The notes below the pieces were generated by a model. That model worked only from the letters and a program-made list of their open reading frames with translations, was not told the DNA's origin and made no database searches. A DNA stretch of 64,000 bases from Minisyncoccota bacterium. GTDB taxonomy: Bacteria > Patescibacteriota > Minisyncoccia > Phycocordibacterales > UBA6065. This document shows, piece by piece, positions 46,525 to 54,058 of this stretch. The stretch covers positions 316,265-380,264 of the forward strand of contig DASZXC010000008.1 of the NCBI GenBank assembly GCA_035546035.1, given 5' to 3'. Every line of letters starts with the position of its first letter. The stretch's first letter is position 1. Both the position numbers and the translations under genes were made by a program.

Positions 46525-46953
46525 ATGCACATTAACTCATGTCTCCTTAATTCGCAGGAAGAGCTCGAAGAGCTCTTCCGAGAAACCAAGCAAAAGATCC
46601 TGGCTCTCTGCGCCTCCGGCGAGATCCAGATCGACGATGCCTCGATCCGCAAGGCATTCGAGCGCGTCGTCGCCGGAGTCCATCTCTTCATGGAATTCGG
46701 GTTCAGCAGGTGGTGGGTCAAGATCCGCGAAGGCGAGATCGACGTCGGCGACCCTGCGCGGGCGCCCTTCAATCTGGTCGTCAGCCGTTTCGGGCTTCAG
46801 ATCAAGGATCTGCCCGATCGCAAGGCCCAGGACTGCGGACTGGTTCCGATCGAATTCGGCCCTACGGCGGAACGGAGAGCGCTTAACGCTTTCTGGAATG
46901 CCGTCCTCGCCGATTTCAAGAACGATCCGGTCGCCAATGGCCATGGTTTCTGA
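46525..46953 (+). CDS. Hypothetical protein (142 aa)
   Basis: Intact ORF behind the promoter, with its own terminator at 46968-47002. There is a 9-bp perfect palindrome GAAGAGCTC-gaa-GAGCTCTTC inside codons 11-17. Confidence 0.45.
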   Translation: MHINSCLLNSQEELEELFRETKQKILALCASGEIQIDDASIRKAFERVVAGVHLFMEFGFSRWWVKIREGEIDVGDPARAPFNLVVSRFGLQIKDLPDRKAQDCGLVPIEFGPTAERRALNAFWNAVLADFKNDPVANGHGF

Positions 46954-46967
46954 GGGCTTGTATTCAA

Positions 46968-47002
46968 GGCCTGCGACGCTTCGCGTCGCAGGCCTTTTTT
47001 CT
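46968..47002 (+). terminator. Rho-independent terminator
   Basis: GGCCTGCGACGC-ttc-GCGTCGCAGGCC followed by TTTTTTCTTTC. Confidence 0.75.
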
Positions 47003-47070
47003 TTCTCCGATTTTTTGCGATTTGCGCGAACCGGAAGGGGCGCTATCATATATCCAAACCCTGCTCTCCC

Positions 47071-47298
47071 ATGCCTCTCCCGACTCCTTTCTCCCAAGTG
47101 CCTACGAGCGTCGGCTTCAAGCTTTTCGGCCCGAACGGCGACCATCGCCTCGGCGTCGATTATGCGCTGACGTATATCCGCGTCCAGCCCGTCCGGACGG
47201 AGGACGGCAGGACGCTCGAAGCGGTCTGCGTCCAGACTGGCCGCCTTATCAGCATGCAGGGCGGCGATCTCGTCGAGCGCTCCGCCTGCACCGTCTGA
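47071..47298 (+). CDS. Hypothetical small protein (75 aa)
   Basis: GC3-biased codon usage like the neighbouring genes, and its own terminator at 47309-47340. No SD. Confidence 0.35.
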   Translation: MPLPTPFSQVPTSVGFKLFGPNGDHRLGVDYALTYIRVQPVRTEDGRTLEAVCVQTGRLISMQGGDLVERSACTV

Positions 47299-47308
47299 CC
47301 CTCCTCGA

Positions 47309-47340
47309 GGCCCGACCACCGTGTCGGGCCTTTTCGTTTG
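47309..47340 (+). terminator. Rho-independent terminator
   Basis: GGCCCGAC-caccgt-GTCGGGCC followed by TTTTCGTTTG. Confidence 0.65.
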
Positions 47341-47479
47341 AATATGAACCGCCGGAGCGGCGCGTACTAAGTACGTGATTCCTGGATCATTTGCGAAAAT
47401 AGCTCTAAAGCCATACTCTATACACGAAACCCACATACGCATGTATATACCTGTTCTTTTTAGGGCGTTAAGCCCCGGA

Positions 47480-47773
47480 ATGGAATTCGAATTCGATGCG
47501 CCCGCCGGCGGGCGTACAAAGGCGAAAAAAGCCGTCCCTGACGACGGGACGAACGCCCTGACCGCGGCCGGCCGCGTGAGGATCGGCGATGACGACCACG
47601 TCTATGTCGTCGTCCTCGACGCCGCCAAAGAGCGCGATGCGCAGATCCAGACGATCTGCCCGCGCCGCGAAGGCGAGTCCCGGCAGGACTGGAATAACCG
47701 TTTCAGCCGCGAGCTTTTCCTCGGCACATATGACGCCGCGATCATCAGACGACTTTCTCAAGGGACCTCTTAG
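47480..47773 (+). CDS. Hypothetical small protein (97 aa; start uncertain, the ORF is open from 47375)
   Basis: Strong GC3 bias from MEFEFDAP onward. The TAG stop sits in the loop of a terminator hairpin ACCTC-ttag-GAGGT plus T7 at 47765-47788. Confidence 0.35.
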   Translation: MEFEFDAPAGGRTKAKKAVPDDGTNALTAAGRVRIGDDDHVYVVVLDAAKERDAQIQTICPRREGESRQDWNNRFSRELFLGTYDAAIIRRLSQGTS

Positions 47774-47806
47774 GAGGTTCTTTTTTTATACGCGCCGGGG
47801 GGGGGT

Positions 47807-49759
47807 CTATGCCAGCTTGTAGTCGAGCGTCCTTTTCTCCATGTCGGCGCCCATCACTTTGAACTTCACCGTATCGCCGAGGCTGTATTTTTTGCCTGTC
47901 TTTTCGCCCACGACGGCATATGCCTTTTCATTGAATACGTAGTAGTCGTCGGTCATGTCTTTCAGGCGGACCATGCCTTCGCACTTGGTCTCCTTGTCTT
48001 CGACGTATATGCCCCAGTCGGAAACGCCCGAGACGGTGCCGGCGAATTCCTGGCCGATGCGGTCCATCATGTATTCGACTTGCTTGTATTTGATCGACGC
48101 GCGCTCGGCTTCCGCTGCGCGGATCTCTTTCTCCGAATTATCGTCGGCGATCTTCTGATATTTCGACATTTCGCCGCGGGCGACTTTGCCATGCGTCAGC
48201 TCGCGCTGGAGCAATCGATGGACGATGAGGTCGGCATAGCGGCGGATAGGGGACGTGAAGTGCGTATAGTACTCGAATGCCAAGCCGTAGTGGCCAATGT
48301 TCTCGGTTGAATAGACTGCTTTGGCCATCGACCTGATGGCGGCGGTCTTGATGAGTGATTCTTCGGTCTTGCCCTCGATCTGCTTGAACAAGTGCTTCAG
48401 GTCTTTCACTGCGACGCCTTTCTTCGTGACCGGGAGGTGATATCCGAGAGCGCGGACGAGCGTCACGAGATTGTCGAGTTTCTCCATGACCGGCTGGTCG
48501 TGGATGCGGTACAGGAACGCGCCGCCGGTATTTTCAGTAGCCTGGAACATGCGCAATGCGACCTCGCGGTTGGAGAGGAGCATGTATTCCTCGACGAGCT
48601 TGTGCGCGTCCTTGCGGGTCTTCTTGAATACGCGGATAGGCTTGCCGGCGCGGTCGAGCTCGAATTTCACTTCGTCCGTCTCGAAATCTATGGCGCCTTC
48701 CGCCTCTTTCTTCTCGCGGAGCTTTTTGGCGATCTCGTTCAGCTTGAAGAGCTCTTTTTTATATTCCTCCGACTTGCCTTCGAGCACGTCCTGTGCGCCT
48801 TCGTACGTGAAGCGCTTCCAGGATTTGATGATGGTCTTGCCGAACCAGCGATCGAGCACATCGCCTTTATCGTTCATGACGAAGACGGATGAAAACGTCA
48901 GCTTCTCCTCGTTGGGATTAAGCGAGCACACGTCGTTCGACAGGACTTCAGGCAGCATCGGAATGGTGCGGTCGACGAGGTATACGGAGAAGCCGCGCTC
49001 GCGGGCTTCTTTGTCCAAAGCGGTGCCTTCGCGGACATAGTGAGACACGTCAGCGATGTGAACGCCGATCTCGTATCTGCCGTCGGGCAGGAATTTCATA
49101 GAAATAGCGTCGTCGAAGTCCTTCGCGTCCACGGGGTCGATGGTGAACGTCGGCGTATCGCTGAAGTCGCGGCGCAATGCGCGTTCGGCGGCCGTGATCG
49201 CCTTGTTCTTTTCTATAGCCTCTGCTTCGCGCACGACTTCGACGGGGAAGTCGTATGCCAGGCCGCGCTCCAAAACGATGGCACGCATTTCGGCGTTATG
49301 CTCGCCCTTTTTGCCGATGACTTCGATGACTTTGCCGATGGGGTAGCCCTTCTTTTCGTCCCATTCGGCGATCTCGGCGTATACCTTGTCTCCCGCGCGG
49401 CCGTGGAGAGCGTCTGCCTTTGCGATGAATATGTCTTTATAGAGGCGCTTATCATCCGGCACGAGCGCGAAATTATCGCCAGCCGCTTCCAAAGCGCCCG
49501 CGAATCGCATCTTGTCGCGCTTCACTATTTTCGTGACTTCGGCGAGCGTCCTGCCGAAACGGCTCTTGCCGCCGGTCAGATGCGCCTCGACCGTGTCTTT
49601 ATGCATAGCCGTATGGAGAGCCTCCGAAGGGATCTCGAGGTCTTCCTGATCCTTATGCTCCGGATCTTCGAGGAATCCGACGCCTTTCGAATTGACCGAT
49701 ATGATGCCTGATACCATGCGGGTCTTCGCTTTCATTTCCTTTCGTTCTGAACGGGTCAT
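47807..49759 (-). CDS. rnr: Ribonuclease R (RNB-family 3'-5' exoribonuclease)
   Basis: N-terminal cold-shock/OB folds, RNB catalytic domain (...DAKDFDDAIS...), and a C-terminal S1 domain. Confidence 0.9.
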   Translation of the reverse strand: MTRSERKEMKAKTRMVSGIISVNSKGVGFLEDPEHKDQEDLEIPSEALHTAMHKDTVEAHLTGGKSRFGRTLAEVTKIVKRDKMRFAGALEAAGDNFALVPDDKRLYKDIFIAKADALHGRAGDKVYAEIAEWDEKKGYPIGKVIEVIGKKGEHNAEMRAIVLERGLAYDFPVEVVREAEAIEKNKAITAAERALRRDFSDTPTFTIDPVDAKDFDDAISMKFLPDGRYEIGVHIADVSHYVREGTALDKEARERGFSVYLVDRTIPMLPEVLSNDVCSLNPNEEKLTFSSVFVMNDKGDVLDRWFGKTIIKSWKRFTYEGAQDVLEGKSEEYKKELFKLNEIAKKLREKKEAEGAIDFETDEVKFELDRAGKPIRVFKKTRKDAHKLVEEYMLLSNREVALRMFQATENTGGAFLYRIHDQPVMEKLDNLVTLVRALGYHLPVTKKGVAVKDLKHLFKQIEGKTEESLIKTAAIRSMAKAVYSTENIGHYGLAFEYYTHFTSPIRRYADLIVHRLLQRELTHGKVARGEMSKYQKIADDNSEKEIRAAEAERASIKYKQVEYMMDRIGQEFAGTVSGVSDWGIYVEDKETKCEGMVRLKDMTDDYYVFNEKAYAVVGEKTGKKYSLGDTVKFKVMGADMEKRTLDYKLA

Positions 49760-49851
49760 TTAATGTATCGTGGATAGGTTTTTGTTGAGGATACTATAGC
49801 AAATATCGAAGAAATTGACGATTTTAAGGGCTTCTGCTAGTATCTTGGTCT

Positions 49852-50250
49852 ATGTTAAAGATTCGACTCCAGCGCGTCGGCCGAGTGAACGTTCCAACGT
49901 TCCGCGTCGTCGTGACTGATTCCAAGAATTCCACAAAATCGGGCCGCTCGCTCGAGGTTATCGGCACGTATGACCCCGTTAACGACGTTAAAGAGATCAA
50001 GGCTGACCGCGTAAAGCACTGGATGGGCCACGGCGCGAAGCTCTCGGATACCGTCCATAATTGGCTTATCGACAAGAAGGTCATTCCCGGCAAGAAGGTG
50101 AACGCGCTCCCGAAGAAGAGCCCGATCGTCGACCCGAAGGCTGCAGAGGCAGCGAAAGCAGCCGCTGAGGCCGCAAAGGCCGCCACGCCAGCAGCGCCGG
50201 TAGAGGCTCCAAAAGCCGAAGCTCCCGCAGCAGAAGCTCCGAAGGCGTAA
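49852..50250 (+). CDS. rpsP: 30S ribosomal protein S16 with Ala/Pro/Lys-rich C-terminal extension
   Basis: MLKIRLQRVGRVNVPTFRVVVTDSKNS..GR.LE.IGTYDP. Confidence 0.9.
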   Translation: MLKIRLQRVGRVNVPTFRVVVTDSKNSTKSGRSLEVIGTYDPVNDVKEIKADRVKHWMGHGAKLSDTVHNWLIDKKVIPGKKVNALPKKSPIVDPKAAEAAKAAAEAAKAATPAAPVEAPKAEAPAAEAPKA

Positions 50251-50319
50251 ATTTCGCCCGACGCTAGAGCAAGAAAAAACCGCCCACATCTCTGTGGGCG
50301 GTTTGATTTGGTCGGGCGC

Positions 50320-51024
50320 TCACTCTGTCCGGAGCGCAACCTCTTCCGTCGTCACTTGGTCAAGGCCTTGCTCGTGGCTGACTTTGATGACATCGAAAGC
50401 AGACATGAGATCGAAAGCCTCGCTGTATTCCCGGCGGCGATCGCTCTCTTTCTCTCTGCAGTCCGATATGAAGGAGCCGTCTTTTTCTTTCTCCGACCGG
50501 TGTTCCGCGACCTTCAGGGAAAGGGCGAGGGAATGGATCTCTCGCTTTGCTTTCTGATGGAAGCTTTCCCAATCGAGCAGGCGCGCGGACGAGATATCGA
50601 TGTCGAGGATCTCGCAGAGCCGTCGCATCCCTCCTAAGAATTCATTGTCCGACGCCAGGAAGCTGTCGAAGGCCCGTCTTTCAAGCGCCTTCTTGAAGCT
50701 ATGGACGATCGTCGCGATTCCGAAGACCACGGATCCCGAAAGCGCGACCGCTCCTATCGCCCTCTCGATTCGTGCCGGGAGGAGCCCGTCCTTCAGCATA
50801 AAGAGGAAGGCAAGGCTCCACGGCGATACGACGGCGAGTATGGCGGAGATGCGGTAGCTGGTATTCGAATCGATGCGCTCGCCATATCGAGCCGCTTCGG
50901 CGACGAAGCGATCGAGAGGGTCTAACCCCGATCGCTTTTTCCAGCCCGCCCGGAGGACGGGGCTTATCCTGTCTTCCAGATGGAGGGCTATGAACTCTCC
51001 GTTTGAACTACATGTTTCTTTCAT
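50320..51024 (-). CDS. Hypothetical membrane protein (234 aa)
   Basis: Start at MKETCSS with GGAGAT 7 nt upstream. Two central TM helices. It is inserted in opposite orientation between rpsP and the KH gene. Confidence 0.45.
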   Translation of the reverse strand: MKETCSSNGEFIALHLEDRISPVLRAGWKKRSGLDPLDRFVAEAARYGERIDSNTSYRISAILAVVSPWSLAFLFMLKDGLLPARIERAIGAVALSGSVVFGIATIVHSFKKALERRAFDSFLASDNEFLGGMRRLCEILDIDISSARLLDWESFHQKAKREIHSLALSLKVAEHRSEKEKDGSFISDCREKESDRRREYSEAFDLMSAFDVIKVSHEQGLDQVTTEEVALRTE

Positions 51025-51246
51025 TGCTGGATCTCCGAGCCCGCGGTTTTTATGAGAAAGGGCTTCCGGCCCGCGTCCATGCATCCTTCCGGGATGAAAG
51101 GCCGCTTCGTATCTCAAGGAGCTGTGCAGGCGAGACAGGTTCCTGTTTGGAATTATCAACACATGTCATGGTATGTCAATGGTACCCGTGCTATGCTATC
51201 CGATAGAGCGATATAGGCTCGATTTAGTCCCGCTAACCGCATAACA

Positions 51247-51558
51247 ATGGAAGCAGACGCAAAGTTTCTCGATTTCCTCGTTAAGTCCCTGGTAGACAAT
51301 CCGAACGACGTAAAGATCAACCGCACCGTAGACGAGATGGGCGTGCTCCTCACCCTCGACGTTAATCCCGCAGACATGGGCAAGATCATCGGTCGCGAAG
51401 GCAATACCGCCAAGGCGATCCGAACCCTCCTTCGCATCGTAGGGATGAAGAATAATTCCCGCGTGAACCTGAAGATCAGCGAACCGCAGGGTGGCATGCC
51501 GAAAGAAGCCCGCGCTTCGAAGACCGTAGACGAAGCGATGGCCGACCTCAACCTCTAG
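51247..51558 (+). CDS. KH-domain RNA-binding protein (YlqC/UPF0109 family)
   Basis: GKIIGREGNTAKAIRTLL is the KH GxxG loop. It is the conserved partner of rpsP-rimM-trmD operons. Confidence 0.8.
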   Translation: MEADAKFLDFLVKSLVDNPNDVKINRTVDEMGVLLTLDVNPADMGKIIGREGNTAKAIRTLLRIVGMKNNSRVNLKISEPQGGMPKEARASKTVDEAMADLNL

Positions 51559-51654
51559 AATGAAAAGAAAACCTCCCGAAAGGGAGTTTTTCTTTTGTCA
51601 GGAGCGTTTTCGGTTCTTTGGGGATAACGTCAAATGATATAATCATCTGCAACG

Positions 51655-52047
51655 ATGCAAAAAGACATCAAAAAGATCGCGAAGGCCCTATCGAAAGGAG
51701 ACATCCAGGAGGCTTTGACGATCCGCGAAGATATGGGCGACATAGATTTGGGCACCGAGATCGAGATCTGCGAGATCGTCCGCCAGGCTATCATCGCTTT
51801 CCTCAAGAAAGGGGAGATCTATAACGCACGCGCGGCCGAAAGTGCGTTCGACATGGAGCAAGACTCGATAGACGAAACCGTGCGGCAGGCCGTCATGTCC
51901 GTATTCCGCGACGGCGATATGGAAAAGATCGCCGAACTGCGCGACGGGCTGCCGATCTCGAAGACGATGGCCGAAGAGCTCATCCAGTACTGCGCGAGCT
52001 GGGGCAAGCCCGCCTCGGTCGCGTGCATGCAGGCCGTCTTCGCCTAA
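51655..52047 (+). CDS. Hypothetical acidic protein (130 aa) occupying the usual rimM position
   Basis: No PRC-barrel/RimM features, and I recognise no other domain. Confidence 0.4.
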   Translation: MQKDIKKIAKALSKGDIQEALTIREDMGDIDLGTEIEICEIVRQAIIAFLKKGEIYNARAAESAFDMEQDSIDETVRQAVMSVFRDGDMEKIAELRDGLPISKTMAEELIQYCASWGKPASVACMQAVFA

Positions 52048-52084
52048 GCTCCACTTTTTGACGATTTCGAGGTAGTGTAGCGAT

Positions 52085-52753
52085 ATGACATTCCATATAG
52101 TCACGCTTTTCCCTGGCGCATTTGATTCGTACCTCGGCGAATCGATCTTGAAGCGCGCCTTGGAAGACAAGAAGATCCGCGTGAAATTCTATAATCCGCG
52201 CGATTTCGCCGACGACAAATGGCAGCGCGTCGATCAGAAGCCGTACGGCGGCGGTCCCGGCATGGTCATTCAGGCATTGCCTGTGGCGAAGGCTCTTGAG
52301 AAGGCAGTCAAAGCCGCAGGCGGCAAAAATGGTAAAGCTGCGCGCGATACGAAGATGATCTTCTTCAGTCCTGCAGGGAAATCGTTCGATACGGCATATG
52401 CGAAGGCGACGGCAAAGAAATACAAGAACGTCATATTCGTCTGCGGCCGCTATGAAGGCATCGACGCTCGCGTCAAAAAAATGTTCAGGATGGAAGACGT
52501 ATCCGTCGGTCCATTTGTGCTCACGGGCGGGGAATTACCGGCTATGATCGTCATGGACTCGGTCTCGCGCCAGATCGAAGGCGTGCTCGGCAACTATGAT
52601 TCGCGCGAGGAAGAGCGCATCTCATCATCTGACGTGTATACGCGCCCGGAAGTCATCGAATATCGCGGCAAAAAATACCGCGTGCCGAAAGTGCTCCTTT
52701 CGGGCAATCACAAGCTCATAGACGAGTGGAAGGCGGGCAGGAAGAGCGCGTAA
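52085..52753 (+). CDS. trmD: tRNA (guanine37-N1)-methyltransferase
   Basis: MTFHIVTLFPGAF, ...YGGGPGMV... and SPOUT knot motifs ...VCGRYEGIDAR...LTGGELPA... Confidence 0.9.
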   Translation: MTFHIVTLFPGAFDSYLGESILKRALEDKKIRVKFYNPRDFADDKWQRVDQKPYGGGPGMVIQALPVAKALEKAVKAAGGKNGKAARDTKMIFFSPAGKSFDTAYAKATAKKYKNVIFVCGRYEGIDARVKKMFRMEDVSVGPFVLTGGELPAMIVMDSVSRQIEGVLGNYDSREEERISSSDVYTRPEVIEYRGKKYRVPKVLLSGNHKLIDEWKAGRKSA

Positions 52754-52791
52754 CCTGCGGTGCTGCCGAAGTATTCTATACTATAACGGCA

Positions 52792-53370
52792 ATGAATCCT
52801 CACGCCCACAAGGCCGAATTCAAGGAAAAGCGGGACGAAGACGTTCTCGCCGCGTCTTTCAAGTATCCGTATCTGTTCGAGCTCCTCGTCGAGCGCTACG
52901 AAGATGCTTTTCTGCGCAAAGCGCGGTCCATCGTGCGCCATGACGAGGCTTCCCGCGACATCGTCCAGGATACCTTCGTCAAAATATATCTGTACGGTAA
53001 GACGTTCAAACCGGTCGAAGGCGCGCGGTTCTCATCGTGGGCATATAAAGTGCTCATGAACGTCTGTTTCCAGTGGTACAAGAAGATGAAGCGCGAGCGC
53101 GACTTCTTTTCGGCCTTGGACGAAGACATGGAGGCCGTATTACCCCATGACGATAGCGTTGAAAGGACGCAAAAACTGGACCGGGACTACCTTGAATCCA
53201 TGTTCTCGCGCCTGCCTGAAACTTTCGCCCGCGTATTGCGGTTATATGTGAGCGAAGGCAAGGATTATAAGGAGATAGCCGCAGTCGAAGGCGTGTCCGA
53301 AGGCGCGATCAAGACTCGCATGCATCGCGCCCGCGAAGAGCTGCGGGACATCGCTCGAAAGATATCGTAG
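52792..53370 (+). CDS. ECF-type RNA polymerase sigma factor (sigma-70 regions 2 and 4)
   Basis: Region 2 ...DIVQDTFVKIY... and region 4 HTH ...YKEIAAVEGVSEGAIKTRMHRAREELR... Start taken at MNPHAH. Confidence 0.75.
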   Translation: MNPHAHKAEFKEKRDEDVLAASFKYPYLFELLVERYEDAFLRKARSIVRHDEASRDIVQDTFVKIYLYGKTFKPVEGARFSSWAYKVLMNVCFQWYKKMKRERDFFSALDEDMEAVLPHDDSVERTQKLDRDYLESMFSRLPETFARVLRLYVSEGKDYKEIAAVEGVSEGAIKTRMHRAREELRDIARKIS

Positions 53371-53423
53371 AGCGACGCGTAGTAATAATTAGGACGGCGC
53401 TGCCGTCCACCCGAAATACCTCA

Positions 53424-53735
53424 ATGACTCAAATAATGGATAACGTGATGATCAAGGTGCGGAGGATCTTCCTGATACGGAAGCTCGCCGCGCCTTTTGT
53501 GTTCCTTGTAGCCGCGGCGGTAGTGGTGGGATCGACCGTGTCAGTCTCCCATGTGCTCGCCAATATGCCCGCGGCATTAGACATCCCAGCCGTGATGCGG
53601 TTCTTCGCCGCGGCGTTCGCGCACGCGGATGTTATCGTCAAAAGTGCGCTGGTTGCGGGAACGCTGTTCTTACTTATGATCCTGAAGGGGGCGATCGATA
53701 GCATCCGGTTCGTCGGTTCTCTCCAAAAGGCATAG
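53424..53735 (+). CDS. Small membrane protein; candidate anti-sigma factor by position
   Basis: 103 aa with two or three hydrophobic segments, directly downstream of the ECF sigma gene. The assignment rests on position only. Confidence 0.35.
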   Translation: MTQIMDNVMIKVRRIFLIRKLAAPFVFLVAAAVVVGSTVSVSHVLANMPAALDIPAVMRFFAAAFAHADVIVKSALVAGTLFLLMILKGAIDSIRFVGSLQKA

Positions 53736-54058
53736 AAACAAAGGCTCCGTGCTCCGGGGCCTTTTTGTTTGACATCTTTCGGCCGGTCAGTATACTTATC
53801 CTCACTTCAACGCTGATTGTGTTATTGGGGAAACACGAAGTATGCAGGTAGCTTATTGGCGGTTTTCATACTTTTCTTGCCAGCGATCTCATAAACGATT
53901 CCAAAACCGGTAGGAGCCTTTCACCCAGAGGCCCTTTTTGTGTTTTTAGGCGTCTTTATGTCCCGTTCGTCAATAGAGAGGTTGAACCATCCGTAAGGCA
54001 GGGGCAGCCGTCGGTATTTTTATAAATTGCCGGTCGTCGGTATTAGAAACCTACAGCA

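Noticed and set aside
46543-46563. Perfect palindrome GAAGAGCTC-gaa-GAGCTCTTC as a protein-binding operator
   Set aside because: It lies inside the N-terminal codons (EELEELF) of the 142-aa ORF and could simply reflect a coiled-coil coding repeat. It is noted inside the island finding rather than called as a site.
46537-47442. 301-aa minus-strand ORF antisense to the small-gene island; also 46511-47170 (+, 219 aa) and 47022-47378 (+, 118 aa)
   Set aside because: These are low-complexity, Arg/Ala-rich translations. They are antisense to or out of frame with the ORFs that carry terminators on the + strand, and they cross three intrinsic terminators. They are likely spurious, although the strand assignment of this island remains uncertain.
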